Shown: positions 55,379 to 64,000 of the stretch, one piece after another
How the letters are laid out: each line of letters starts with the position of its first letter
Numbering within the stretch: position 1 is the first letter of the stretch
IMG/VR virus record: IMGVR_UViG_3300012979_000037
Location: 1 to 64,000 of that record
DNA: 64,000 bases
Strand: one strand, 5' to 3'
Source of the DNA: a virus
Position numbers and translations under genes: made by a program
The notes under the pieces: generated by a model
Told to the model about the DNA's origin: nothing
The model's database searches: none
Seen by the model: only the letters and a program-made list of their open reading frames with translations

Positions 55379-56493
55379 ATGGTATTTTCGAAATATATAT
55401 ACCAACCATCTAATGTACTTGGAATAATTAATTCTCCTTTTAATATGGATTCTCTATATTGCCAATTATAATGTGTAAAAGCTTTTTTATAATCTTTAGT
55501 AAATACAATCTTTATATTTTTAGGATACTTTATAATAATATTATTCAAACCAGTGCAATCACTAATATCCAATATCTCGTACATATTTATATTCTTTAAT
55601 GAATATGGGAGATTTGTATTATATATACTATAACGTTTGTAATTTCTATAATAGTCTATTAAATTAGACATATTCTTTATTTTAATTCTTTCTATACAAT
55701 CATTATAGTTATTGTAGGTGTCGAATTCATAATTATTTATAAAGAGATTAAAAATTTGCTTGGAAAGTTTACATTGAGAATCCTTTGGTTCTAAAATTAA
55801 GCTTTCAATATTATTGGTTTTAAAGTTGTTTAATTGAATTTTACTTGAAGTCTTAATTATAACTTTACCTAACTTGTCACTACAAATATTCCAATTATTT
55901 AACTCTAAAACATCTTTAGAATCACTAACAATTTCTAAGCAAGGAGTACTTGTAGTGGAATCTTTTCTTTTTACACTATTCTCATAATATTTCTTATAAT
56001 CTACTTCGCTACTATTTTCAAACTTGAGATTATATCCAATATACTTGTTTAAATCATATAGGTGTATTGTGGAATTAGATAGTTTAGATCCAATATGAAA
56101 CCTAATGTTATTAGATTCAATTCTACCAACATTATCTAATAGAGAATCACAAACATCAATATAATTAAAATAAATAGAAGGAGCTTCAAATCCAGATATA
56201 TTGAATTCCTTACAATAATTGATAAGACTCTTAATAACTAATGTACTCCCAATATTATAATGCTCATTAAGAAACGTTATAAGATCATTTTGAATACAAA
56301 TAGGATTATAGTCACCCAATGTTAATAACTCGTAGTTTTTAGAAAAGCTTAATAAACTACATACACAATCATTACAATTAAATATTCTACAAGGAATATT
56401 TACGAGATCTTTAGCTTTCTCAATTAAATCAATCTCGTCATAATCAAAAATACTAAAAGAATTTTGAAATTCAGCAAGAGGAACGTCGTCCAT
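55360..56493 (-). CDS. hypothetical protein
   Basis: 377-aa ORF. Confidence 0.5.
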   Translation of the reverse strand: MDDVPLAEFQNSFSIFDYDEIDLIEKAKDLVNIPCRIFNCNDCVCSLLSFSKNYELLTLGDYNPICIQNDLITFLNEHYNIGSTLVIKSLINYCKEFNISGFEAPSIYFNYIDVCDSLLDNVGRIESNNIRFHIGSKLSNSTIHLYDLNKYIGYNLKFENSSEVDYKKYYENSVKRKDSTTSTPCLEIVSDSKDVLELNNWNICSDKLGKVIIKTSSKIQLNNFKTNNIESLILEPKDSQCKLSKQIFNLFINNYEFDTYNNYNDCIERIKIKNMSNLIDYYRNYKRYSIYNTNLPYSLKNINMYEILDISDCTGLNNIIIKYPKNIKIVFTKDYKKAFTHYNWQYRESILKGELIIPSTLDGWYIYFENTIKEKEH

Positions 56494-56498
56494 TTAAA

Positions 56499-57041
56499 TT
56501 AATTAATTAGTAATGAGGCAGCTGTGATTACAGTAGCGTATGTTGCTCCAAATGCCATCATCTCCAACCAATATATTTGAGCTCTTTTCCAAGATTTAGT
56601 ACACAATCCAACAATAGCTGGAATTGCTGCACCCACCAAAGGAACATAAAAGATATTCCAACAAACTATAAAACACCATAATAATGCGGCTGCTGCTGCA
56701 ATCTTCGCGGACACTTCATGCACAGCACCTTCTAATTTATTTGCTCTAAAAGCTGGAGCTGCTCCAACAAAGCAAATTGCAGCTGAAGTAAAGAATGCTA
56801 AAAAAGTCAAGTTTTTAGACCACTCAGACCATAAATCACTTATTTCCAACCAACCTGGAAGTAAGGTCGTTCCCATTATAAACATAAATATGGTGAATAT
56901 ATATCCTAATTTATCTTTTTTACTATTGTATAAATAAAATGTCTCAGACAAACTCTTTGGAATACCAAATATTGATAATGCTGTAATATTGTATATTAAA
57001 AATATTGCAAATGAAATGCACACTGTAATTAATTGCCACAT
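56499..57041 (-). CDS. polytopic membrane protein (5-6 TM; possible small transporter)
   Basis: Hydrophobic throughout; locally higher GC and Ala-rich (AIAAAAALLW). Confidence 0.45.
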   Translation of the reverse strand: MWQLITVCISFAIFLIYNITALSIFGIPKSLSETFYLYNSKKDKLGYIFTIFMFIMGTTLLPGWLEISDLWSEWSKNLTFLAFFTSAAICFVGAAPAFRANKLEGAVHEVSAKIAAAAALLWCFIVCWNIFYVPLVGAAIPAIVGLCTKSWKRAQIYWLEMMAFGATYATVITAASLLIN

Positions 57042-57055
57042 AATTTTAGGTTTTT

Positions 57056-57997
57056 TTAAAATAACATTGTTTTAGTATATATAACAAATTCTTTTGATTT
57101 AGTTTTCTCTATAAAACCTTCTTTTTTGAGTTTCTTTTTAATATCTTTATAGTTTTGAACATAATTTGTATAGTTCGAAATTGTCTCTCTAAATATTCTG
57201 GAGAAATTGTATAGTGAATTTTTTAAATCCATTCTTGGGACATATATTAATAATGCATTATGCATATATGCTAATGGAGAATATACAATTCTAACAATGT
57301 AGTTGCTATTACAATCTAATAAAATTTCAAAAGATGGCATTTTGCAGTCAAAATCTGTATTATCGTATAATCTTACTCTCCATCTAACACGTTCTCTAAT
57401 CTTGTCAATGTCAACACTTAAAAAATCTCTTAAAAAATCATCTAATTCTCCATTGTTAAGTCTTTTGTAAATTACATTTTCATCACCACCATTTCCAAGA
57501 TCTTGAAGAACTCTTACTACAAATGAATTAAAAAAGTCATTTGACATTTTAGCAGCTTTTGAGATTAATTCATCCTCATCATCTAATATAGATTCTTGTA
57601 AGTTTGTTGAGAAGTAAATTTTTGATTCTCTTGTTACATTTTCTTGGGAGTCACTAGAATGCATAACATTCTTCATATCGCTCCTTCCATACTTTTCTCT
57701 AATTTGATCCTTAAGTTTGGATAGATCTTTGTTCTTTCTATTGTTTAAAATATAACCTATGGAATCTCCAGAAGACATATATTTACAAAGATCCTCATAA
57801 AAATCTTCACTTTCGTGCATTTTATAGAGATTCATTGCTTCGTCTAATGAAAGCGTTTTCTTTAATTTCTTATTAATAGAAAAACCATAACCCAATAAAA
57901 TATCTTCAATTTCTTGCTGATATCTTAAAAACTCAGGTTTGATAATAACAAACTCTAGTTTATCCATTACTTCCAATATATCATATAAAGTCTTCAT
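57056..57997 (-). CDS. nucleoside diphosphate kinase domain fused in-frame to an ILDDE-leader family module
   Basis: N-terminal 140 aa: VIIKPEF...GF...LCKYMSSGDSIGYIL...NVMHSSDSQENVTRESKIYF parallels NDK (LIKPDAV, KGF, VKYMNSGPVVAMVW, NIIHGSDSVESAEKEIALWF). Then STNLQESILDDEDELISKAAK opens a family-type C-terminal part. Confidence 0.5.
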   Translation of the reverse strand: MKTLYDILEVMDKLEFVIIKPEFLRYQQEIEDILLGYGFSINKKLKKTLSLDEAMNLYKMHESEDFYEDLCKYMSSGDSIGYILNNRKNKDLSKLKDQIREKYGRSDMKNVMHSSDSQENVTRESKIYFSTNLQESILDDEDELISKAAKMSNDFFNSFVVRVLQDLGNGGDENVIYKRLNNGELDDFLRDFLSVDIDKIRERVRWRVRLYDNTDFDCKMPSFEILLDCNSNYIVRIVYSPLAYMHNALLIYVPRMDLKNSLYNFSRIFRETISNYTNYVQNYKDIKKKLKKEGFIEKTKSKEFVIYTKTMLF

Positions 57998-58029
57998 ACT
58001 ATTATAATAAATTTTTATGTATTTTTACT

Positions 58030-58066
58030 AAAGTTTCAATTTGTATTTTATATATTTAATTATAAA
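58030..58066 (+). promoter_or_regulatory. Recurrent promoter-like motif (divergent region)
   Basis: Sequence aaagtttcaatttgtattttatatatttaattataaa upstream of ATG 58078. Confidence 0.35.
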
Positions 58067-58077
58067 TTTATATAAAT

Positions 58078-58497
58078 ATGATACTGGACGACGAAGACAT
58101 TTTGATTAGAGAAGCTAGCAATAGTTGCCAAGATCCTATTAAATTATTATTTGATTGCTATGACGATGAATCAAGTTCTTTGAATTTATTAAATAGATAT
58201 ATTAATATTGAAGGATTTAAATGGGAGCAAAGTGTTCCATATTACATACTAGTAGATAACGAAGATTTAATTCACTGTCAGATTTTAAAAGATCCTCATG
58301 GTGTCGGATCAATGAATATTACCACATATCCAGGCAATGAAGAATGTGAAAATAGATTACACAACATATTTATAACTTTGGATATGATTTATTTCAAAAT
58401 AAAGGATCCTTTTAGAGGATATTATGTAAGATATGATTTACACGATATGTGTTATATCCCTAGTTACTTTGAAAGAATAAAAAGAATAATAGTATGA
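58078..58497 (+). CDS. ILDDE-leader family protein, short-leader form (MILDDEDILIREASNS)
   Basis: Family leader. Confidence 0.55.
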   Translation: MILDDEDILIREASNSCQDPIKLLFDCYDDESSSLNLLNRYINIEGFKWEQSVPYYILVDNEDLIHCQILKDPHGVGSMNITTYPGNEECENRLHNIFITLDMIYFKIKDPFRGYYVRYDLHDMCYIPSYFERIKRIIV

Positions 58498-58832
58498 TAT
58501 CAATATTTTTAAAGGAAGAAAACTCCATAATTAATTTGGATAAAATTGTTTATACACAAATTCATTATGAAAACGTATTTAAACAACCAAATGATTATCA
58601 ATATACTAAGCAATTTTATGTAAGTGTGGTTTTTGAAGATGGGTTGACAAAAAGAATTTCACCATTTTATGATAATAGAGCAAAGGCTGAGATGTTTGTA
58701 TCTTGTTTATTTGATAAAATAAAATTTATAGAAAATCGTCATAACATTTTTATAGATGCTAGTGAAATTGATTTAGAGGTTCGAAAAGAGAAAAATACTG
58801 AAATATTAGAATTATTAACACAACATGCTTAA
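58494..58832 (+). CDS. hypothetical protein
   Basis: 112-aa ORF. Confidence 0.5.
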   Translation: MISIFLKEENSIINLDKIVYTQIHYENVFKQPNDYQYTKQFYVSVVFEDGLTKRISPFYDNRAKAEMFVSCLFDKIKFIENRHNIFIDASEIDLEVRKEKNTEILELLTQHA

Positions 58833-59337
58833 GTACGCAAATACACAATTAGGTTTTAGAGAGTTTCCCGATGAGGTTGCATTACTCATAAATATCTCAG
58901 GTTGCCCGAATAAATGTAAGGGATGTCATTCTGCATATCTTCTAGAAGATATTGGAAAAGTATTGGATGAAAATGCTTTGGATAATTTGATTGAAGAATA
59001 TTCTGGAGTAACTTGTATCGGGTTTATGGGGGGAGATAATGACCATTTAACTCTAGCCAAATTATTTAAATATATTAAACAAAAATACGGCTTAAAAGTA
59101 GGTTGGTATAGTGGAAAAGATTATAAATTCGAGATTATAGATGATTTATATGAAGTTTATAATATTCCAAATCAACACTATATAGACTTTTTGAAAATCG
59201 GTCCTTATAAAAAAGAATGTGGACCACTTGATAGTAAAACAACTAATCAAACGTATTTCAAAAATACCGGATTGAGTTCTAATCCAAGTATAATGATAGC
59301 GGAAGATGAAACAAATAAATTTTGGAGAAATGATTGA
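58825..59337 (+). CDS. nrdG: anaerobic ribonucleotide reductase activating protein NrdG-like (radical SAM)
   Basis: INISGCPNKCKGCHS parallels T4 NrdG VTGCLHKCEGCYN; IGFMGGDN parallels LTLTGGDP; DFLKIGPYKKE parallels IIDGKYEKN. Confidence 0.7.
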   Translation: MLKYANTQLGFREFPDEVALLINISGCPNKCKGCHSAYLLEDIGKVLDENALDNLIEEYSGVTCIGFMGGDNDHLTLAKLFKYIKQKYGLKVGWYSGKDYKFEIIDDLYEVYNIPNQHYIDFLKIGPYKKECGPLDSKTTNQTYFKNTGLSSNPSIMIAEDETNKFWRND

Positions 59338-59536
59338 TATAGAATACGTTAAAAAGAATATTAAAGAAGGATGGATTTTAAATCCCAATGAAAAAGTAGT
59401 AAATGGTATTATCAAAGGATTAAATAGATGTAACGGAGAATGTCCTTGCCATAATACATCGAGAGATAAACAATGTCCTTGTAGTGGTTATAGAGAAGAA
59501 GATAAATGTTGTTGTAATTTATATATTCGTGAGTAA
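59330..59536 (+). CDS. small Cys-rich protein (CPC...CPC...CCC)
   Basis: NRCNGECPCHNTSRDKQCPCSGYREEDKCCCNLY; the ATG is embedded in the NrdG stop (ATGATTGA). Track start 59306. Confidence 0.4.
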   Translation: MIDIEYVKKNIKEGWILNPNEKVVNGIIKGLNRCNGECPCHNTSRDKQCPCSGYREEDKCCCNLYIRE

Positions 59537-60150
59537 TGAAAGAAGTAAATAATTTCGAGCAAATAAAAAGTTTGTTAGATTTTGATGGAAAGTCTATATA
59601 CCTTGTTTGGTTAGTATTGAGAAATAAAGACGGTAATACCGAAGCTAAAGGTAACAATAGAAATCGTACAATCAAATCTTACTATTTTCAAGATTTGAAA
59701 CATTTTGAAGAACGAGAACAAGAGATTATTGAGATTTGTAAAACGTTTAATTGTAGAGCATATATTTGCTTGAATAAAAAGCCTCTTGAAAACGTATTGT
59801 TTGCACTTCAAGACAATCTTACGGACCGTTTGAGACAAATGATGCATGGACAAATTATGGGTATTAATGGAATGTTAGATCATGCGGTTATGACAGCTGG
59901 TACTGCTGGTGATAAGCGTTGGATTGTTGATATTGATACATTGGATGAAGATATCATTAATTTAATTGAAACTGATATTAATAACGCGAGATCAATATAT
60001 CAAAAAAATGTAATTACTCGCATTCCAACAGCTCATGGGGTACATATTGTTACTCACCCATTCTATACTAGTAATATTGGTGTTGGAAGAGATATAAAAA
60101 AAGAGGGTTTAACACTTTTATATGCTTATTTAGATGAAAACAAAAATTAA
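59536..60150 (+). CDS. hypothetical protein
   Basis: 204-aa ORF. Confidence 0.5.
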   Translation: MKEVNNFEQIKSLLDFDGKSIYLVWLVLRNKDGNTEAKGNNRNRTIKSYYFQDLKHFEEREQEIIEICKTFNCRAYICLNKKPLENVLFALQDNLTDRLRQMMHGQIMGINGMLDHAVMTAGTAGDKRWIVDIDTLDEDIINLIETDINNARSIYQKNVITRIPTAHGVHIVTHPFYTSNIGVGRDIKKEGLTLLYAYLDENKN

Positions 60151-60448
60151 TTTTAACGAACTTTCAGAAAAAGAAGTTAATAACATTATTGAAAAGGCTA
60201 GAAAACGATTAGACGATATTTTAGCAAATGACAGATCACCAATTAATGAAAAAACTAATGGTGAACTTATTCCGTATAAAAAATTCGTAGATTATATGAT
60301 GTCTTTTAGTGTTACGAATGATGACGGTATTGGTTATTATGCCACCGCAACAGAAAGTTCACGATTACCATTTAAGTTTTTTGATTTAGATGACGAAAAG
60401 AAACTTAAAAAATATAAATTTACACACATATTATGGTATAATAAATAA
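60134..60448 (+). CDS. hypothetical protein
   Basis: 104-aa ORF. Confidence 0.45.
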   Translation: MKTKINFNELSEKEVNNIIEKARKRLDDILANDRSPINEKTNGELIPYKKFVDYMMSFSVTNDDGIGYYATATESSRLPFKFFDLDDEKKLKKYKFTHILWYNK

Positions 60449-60477
60449 CGGTTTTTGAAAGATTAATTCAAAAAAAT

Positions 60478-60515
60478 ATAAAAGTTTTTTTTACGTTTTG
60501 ATATATATAAATATA
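60478..60515 (+). promoter_or_regulatory. Recurrent promoter-like motif (contains TATAAATA)
   Basis: Sequence tataaaagttttttttacgttttgatatatataaatata upstream of ATG 60536. Confidence 0.4.
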
Positions 60516-60535
60516 ATTAAAATTTTAATATAAAT

Positions 60536-60733
60536 ATGTACAACGTAAATAATGTATCAAAAAGTTATGAAAATCACAAATTCTCAGTGATTAGATATTG
60601 TGATGGTGAGTATTGGTATTATTGTTCTTATGATACCATCGAACAAGCGCAAATTGCTTGTAACGAAATCGATAACGGATTGATTGTAGAGAGTCAAAAC
60701 ATTGAAGTGGTTTATTTCTCACCATCTTGGTGA
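60536..60733 (+). CDS. hypothetical protein
   Basis: 65-aa ORF. Confidence 0.4.
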   Translation: MYNVNNVSKSYENHKFSVIRYCDGEYWYYCSYDTIEQAQIACNEIDNGLIVESQNIEVVYFSPSW

Positions 60734-60753
60734 TTTTTTAAAATAATAAGATT

Positions 60754-61134
60754 ATGACAAAACAAGAACTACAAGCACATGGTGTTAAACTGGAAAATTT
60801 AACTCACGAATACGGTGAAATGAATATTATCGTCCAACAATTCCCTTCGGAAGAGTATAATGAGGACGATAATGATGAGGATGGACTTATCAACAATGTT
60901 GTATTTCCAGATATTTATCAACCCCGCAAAAACCGCGTATATTCATACGGTGAGACCGGTGAAGTTATTAATTTAGATGATCCGGAGATTCGAGCTAACC
61001 ATCTTAAACATATGCGAGACTCCGCGGAACGACTAAAGATTATGTCTATCCTTCTTGCTAAACAAGCAGATGAGCTTGAGCAAACTGGAAAAATTACCAC
61101 AACAATGTATTATCCAGAACCAAATAATGACTGA
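60754..61134 (+). CDS. hypothetical protein
   Basis: 126-aa ORF; locally GC-richer. Confidence 0.5.
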   Translation: MTKQELQAHGVKLENLTHEYGEMNIIVQQFPSEEYNEDDNDEDGLINNVVFPDIYQPRKNRVYSYGETGEVINLDDPEIRANHLKHMRDSAERLKIMSILLAKQADELEQTGKITTTMYYPEPNND

Positions 61135-61139
61135 TTGAT

Positions 61140-61535
61140 ATGAAAAAGAAATATTCAATAGATGTAGTTGATAAAGAGTGGTTTCAAGGAAAAGAACTAT
61201 TTACAGTATGCGTGTATCGTTGGATTCTTTTTGGTCTTATTCCAATACGTGTTGTAACATATTTTAATAATGATTTAGATAAAACTTTATCGTATGCAAA
61301 ATATTACGTAGATGAAAATGGTGAATATAAAAAAAATAATAAAAATATGAAAAATTGGACTTGGAAACAATGGACCTCACTAGGTCTTGTAGTAGCGGTA
61401 TTTATTACCTGTTTAGTATTGCATTTGGTACAACCACAAATTACTTATTCATTTGCAGAGTTAATGACATTTGTAGGAGCTGTAGTTGGTTTTGTAGCGG
61501 GATATCTTTTTAAGAGAGATATCAAACAAAATTAA
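61140..61535 (+). CDS. hypothetical membrane protein
   Basis: C-terminal TM helices. Confidence 0.45.
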   Translation: MKKKYSIDVVDKEWFQGKELFTVCVYRWILFGLIPIRVVTYFNNDLDKTLSYAKYYVDENGEYKKNNKNMKNWTWKQWTSLGLVVAVFITCLVLHLVQPQITYSFAELMTFVGAVVGFVAGYLFKRDIKQN

Positions 61536-61566
61536 AATAATATGAAAAACCGTATAGATTATATAG

Positions 61567-62142
61567 ATGTATATACTCCATACGTTTTTGAAGGGAAACA
61601 TTTTAAGTTTAACTATTTTAATTTTTAAATATATGGAAACATTTTTAGCTATTACACTTTTAATTTTATCAATTTTGGGTTTTATTGTGATTTGTGTAGC
61701 AATATTATTTGCCACACTTTATCATAAAAGTTTATTTCTTCAAAAACTTTATACAATAATGTTTGAAAGAGATGATTATAAGTTGTATAAAGAAGTAAAA
61801 GAATATTTGAAGAATAATAAAATGCAACTTGTACCTCAAACAACCCTATCCATAGCACAAACATATAAAGATACATTATTGAGTAAATACATATTTGTTG
61901 CATTTTACAATAACAATGAGCCTCACGAAGTAGCTATATACGATGATAATTATACCTTACGTTTAACCAACTTCTACAATAAGTTAATGCAAGACTTACT
62001 GGATGATGCTGGATATACTCAAGAAGATATTGATAAGGCTGCAATTGAAAGTAACGTAAGATATCAGCAACTCTTACAAGAAATAGAGGAATCCCAGAAA
62101 GAGTTAGAAGAATTGGAAAAGCAACTTAAACAATCCAAATAA
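61567..62142 (+). CDS. hypothetical membrane protein with C-terminal coiled coil
   Basis: N-terminal TM; C-terminal QQLLQEIEESQKELEELEKQLKQ. Confidence 0.5.
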   Translation: MYILHTFLKGNILSLTILIFKYMETFLAITLLILSILGFIVICVAILFATLYHKSLFLQKLYTIMFERDDYKLYKEVKEYLKNNKMQLVPQTTLSIAQTYKDTLLSKYIFVAFYNNNEPHEVAIYDDNYTLRLTNFYNKLMQDLLDDAGYTQEDIDKAAIESNVRYQQLLQEIEESQKELEELEKQLKQSK

Positions 62143-62235
62143 ATAATATAGCCAATGCCTTGTGAGTACTCATTGGAGGAAGATGTAGATGAAACTCTCT
62201 GGTAGCGGGAAAGCCGCGATGTTTAACCCTTAAAG

Positions 62236-62264
62236 TAGTGGAGATTTTTTCTCCACTTTTTTTT
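62236..62264 (+). terminator. rho-independent terminator
   Basis: Hairpin agtggagattttttctccact followed by T8. Confidence 0.6.
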
Positions 62265-62272
62265 GTCTTATA

Positions 62273-62343
62273 TAAAAGTTTTTGTGAGTTTTTAATATAT
62301 TTAATTATAATGAAACTACAAAAGATTTCAAGACTTTTTTAAC
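62273..62343 (+). promoter_or_regulatory. Promoter-like motif plus conserved uORF/hairpin leader (MKLQKISRLF)
   Basis: Sequence tataaaagtttttgtgagtttttaatatatttaatt followed by atgaaactacaaaagatttcaagacttttttaa. Confidence 0.45.
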
Positions 62344-62360
62344 ATTTAAATATAGTTAAA

Positions 62361-62780
62361 ATGATTTTAGACGATGAAGATATATTAGTTGGAGATTTAA
62401 AAAAAGATGCTAATAATCCATTCTTTACACTTAAGCAAATCTTTATACAAGCTAATAAAGATAATAACAAAAATTTACATACATATAGTGAAGATGTTTA
62501 TAGGATTTTAAATAGTATTAAAATACCCAAGCATACAAAATGGTTTATTAATTATGATATTATAGAATTAGTTGATAAATCCTATTATGGAGAGCCTGGG
62601 GATTATTACAAGATATTCGCGAGCATTTCCTTCACCCACCGCAACCAAAGAACATTGATAGATGTTAAAACAAGTCGCAAATATACAAATCCAGATATTT
62701 ACAACAATATTTGCAATGTGTTTATGAATCCAAAATACGATTTAGTTCAAATAACTAATAGTGCATACACGTACCTATAA
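62361..62780 (+). CDS. ILDDE-leader family protein, short-leader form (MILDDEDILVGDLKKDANNPF)
   Basis: Family leader. Confidence 0.55.
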   Translation: MILDDEDILVGDLKKDANNPFFTLKQIFIQANKDNNKNLHTYSEDVYRILNSIKIPKHTKWFINYDIIELVDKSYYGEPGDYYKIFASISFTHRNQRTLIDVKTSRKYTNPDIYNNICNVFMNPKYDLVQITNSAYTYL

Positions 62781-62792
62781 TAATTATAATAC

Positions 62793-62975
62793 ATGAATAC
62801 AATTTTTATTTTTATATGTTGTTCAATAGTGAGTTTATGGTATTCCATTTCTTACGAAATAAGTGCAAGGAAAAATTGTAAAAATAAACATTTAAATATA
62901 TTTCGTGTTTTACTCCACGGTAATACAATTGCAATACTTACTATTACATTAGAAGAGATATATAAACTATTTTAA
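62793..62975 (+). CDS. small membrane protein
   Basis: 60 aa with an N-terminal TM helix. Confidence 0.35.
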   Translation: MNTIFIFICCSIVSLWYSISYEISARKNCKNKHLNIFRVLLHGNTIAILTITLEEIYKLF

Positions 62976-63007
62976 GTTAATTTAAGTTAATTTTAAACAA
63001 AACAAAT

Positions 63008-64000
63008 ATGAAACTATTAAGTAAATCAAAAAGCTTTGTACAAGAGTATTGTGCAACAATTGTCCAAATTGGTGAAATGAAACCTATTGAAGGTTCAGAC
63101 TTTCTTGCAGTAACTCAAGTAAATGGATTTCCAATTGTGGTTCGTAAAGACCAAGTTAAGGAGGGTGATATTATGATTTATTGTCCTATTGAAACTCAAT
63201 TAGATCATAACTTCTTGAGAATCAATAACTTATACGAATTAAATAGTCGTCAATTGAACTCCAATTACTCTGAAGTAGAGAATCTCATTAATGAAGGTAA
63301 AGCAGATGAAGCTAAATCCAAAGTAGGATTTTTCAACAAACAAGGTCGTGTTAAGTTGATTCGTCTTCGTGGTCAAGCTTCGATGGGATATTTGATTACC
63401 CTTCGTGAAATGACCAAATATTGTTCAAAACTCTCCCGATTTAAATTTCAAGATCACATTGGAGAAGATTTTGATGAGGTTGATGGAGTAGAATTCATTA
63501 AAGTATATATTCCACCAGTTAAAGAAGGTACTCCAAGAGCTTCTCGCGATGGTCGTCGCAATAAGAAACTTAAAAAGGTTTCACGAATGATTCCTGGTGA
63601 GTTTTCTTTCCACTATGACACTCAACAATTGAATAGAAGTATGGATCGCTTTAATCCAGACACTCAAGTTGATATCTCTGTAAAGATTCACGGTACTTCC
63701 ATTTGTGTTGGTAACGTATTAGTGAAGAAACCAAAAGAGTTTAAAAACAAGCTCATCAATAAGGTTCACTCTATGTTGCCTTTGAAATGGCAAATAATTG
63801 AACAGGATTATGATGTGGTATACTCTTCACGCACCGTAATCAAAAATGAGGACTTGAATCCTAACAAAGGTGTTGGCTACTACTCAAGCGATATTTGGAG
63901 TGAGTATGGTAAAATGTTGAAACCTTATATTCCACAAGGTATGGAGATCTTTGGTGAGATTTTTGGCTACGAAACTGGTACTTCTCGAATGATTCAAAAG
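63008..64000 (+). CDS. ATP-dependent RNA ligase (DraRnl/NgrRnl-like, N-terminal domain plus nucleotidyltransferase), 3' end truncated by the window
   Basis: ORF open to the window end. Motif I SVKIHGTSICVG (KxHGT, as in T4 Rnl2 KIHGTN) sits about 215 aa from the N-terminus, the architecture of the DraRnl/NgrRnl clade. Confidence 0.5.
   Translation, partial: MKLLSKSKSFVQEYCATIVQIGEMKPIEGSDFLAVTQVNGFPIVVRKDQVKEGDIMIYCPIETQLDHNFLRINNLYELNSRQLNSNYSEVENLINEGKADEAKSKVGFFNKQGRVKLIRLRGQASMGYLITLREMTKYCSKLSRFKFQDHIGEDFDEVDGVEFIKVYIPPVKEGTPRASRDGRRNKKLKKVSRMIPGEFSFHYDTQQLNRSMDRFNPDTQVDISVKIHGTSICVGNVLVKKPKEFKNKLINKVHSMLPLKWQIIEQDYDVVYSSRTVIKNEDLNPNKGVGYYSSDIWSEYGKMLKPYIPQGMEIFGEIFGYETGTSRMIQK

Noticed and set aside
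62150-62230. GC-richer structured segment (ccaatg...cattgg and gcggg-aaag-ccgc hairpins), considered as a tRNA or small RNA
   Set aside because: No cloverleaf can be drawn: no acceptor/T-arm pairing and no GTTC-like T-loop. It is more likely the 3' UTR and terminator region of 61567..62142. It might still be a small structured RNA, but support is insufficient.
1-64000. CRISPR arrays, tRNA/rRNA genes, integrase or attachment sites
   Set aside because: No regularly spaced direct repeats with unique spacers, no cloverleaf-capable GC-rich 70-90-nt segments, and no tyrosine or serine recombinase motifs were seen. The tandem repeats present are intragenic or gene duplications.

Overview
This 64-kb window is a very AT-rich (roughly 70% AT) and gene-dense segment of a tailed dsDNA phage genome with T4-superfamily affinities. 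Most ORFs tile the + strand with small or overlapping junctions (ATGA-type). Two blocks lie on the minus strand (22.6-29.8 kb and 37.7-41.2 kb). The recognisable genes are listed below.

- **Terminase:** a large terminase subunit that aligns residue-for-residue with T4 gp17 around the Walker A box. It is interrupted exactly after the Walker A lysine by an intein that appears to be naturally split into two ORFs, with a free-standing homing endonuclease gene between them.
- **Recombination nuclease:** a T4 gp47-like SbcD/Mre11 nuclease.
- **Tail module:** two tail-collar-domain paralogs and an Ala-rich tail-fibre-like gene, both carrying homopolymer-tract frameshifts.
- **Lysis module:** a glucosaminidase, a GNAT acetyltransferase and a holin-like membrane protein.
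- **Membrane module:** an SPFH/band-7 protein with an adjacent NfeD-like membrane protein and two lipoproteins.
- **7-deazaguanine DNA-modification cluster:** QueD, QueE, a mini ParB-like DpdB, the TGT-like DpdA and GTP cyclohydrolase FolE2, with no QueC in the window. A GIY-YIG homing endonuclease is inserted immediately downstream and has left a roughly 40-bp target duplication.
- **Other enzymes and factors:** a phage sigma factor, an NrdG anaerobic-RNR activase, a NadM-type NMN adenylyltransferase, a DnaQ-like exonuclease, a metallophosphatase, a GH18 hydrolase, a P-loop kinase, an S1-domain protein, and a partial DraRnl/NgrRnl-type RNA ligase at the 3' edge of the window.

The most unusual signal is a paralogous family of at least 19 genes. 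Each begins with a conserved leader of about 30 aa (MKTL[YN][ED][SY]I[RL]ES[IL]LDDE[DE]xLIG...K[DE]xxNPF, or a short form M(S)ILDDEDIL...) followed by an unrelated, hypervariable C-terminal domain. Most members sit in two tightly packed minus-strand arrays, and one is fused in-frame behind a nucleoside-diphosphate-kinase domain. The leader resembles the T4 capsid-targeting sequence of internal proteins (MKTYQEFIAE), which suggests a large arsenal of packaged, ejected effectors. Recombination cassettes that share a homologous 5' leader are an alternative explanation.

The window also contains a recurrent promoter-like motif (AAAAGTTTTTT-N6-8-TTTTTATATATTTATATA), of which 11 clear copies are annotated. 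Three copies are followed by a conserved 10-codon uORF and hairpin leader. There are several rho-independent terminators, a ~270-bp direct repeat that duplicates a small gene, and tandem paralog pairs. No tRNA, rRNA or CRISPR array was found by eye.
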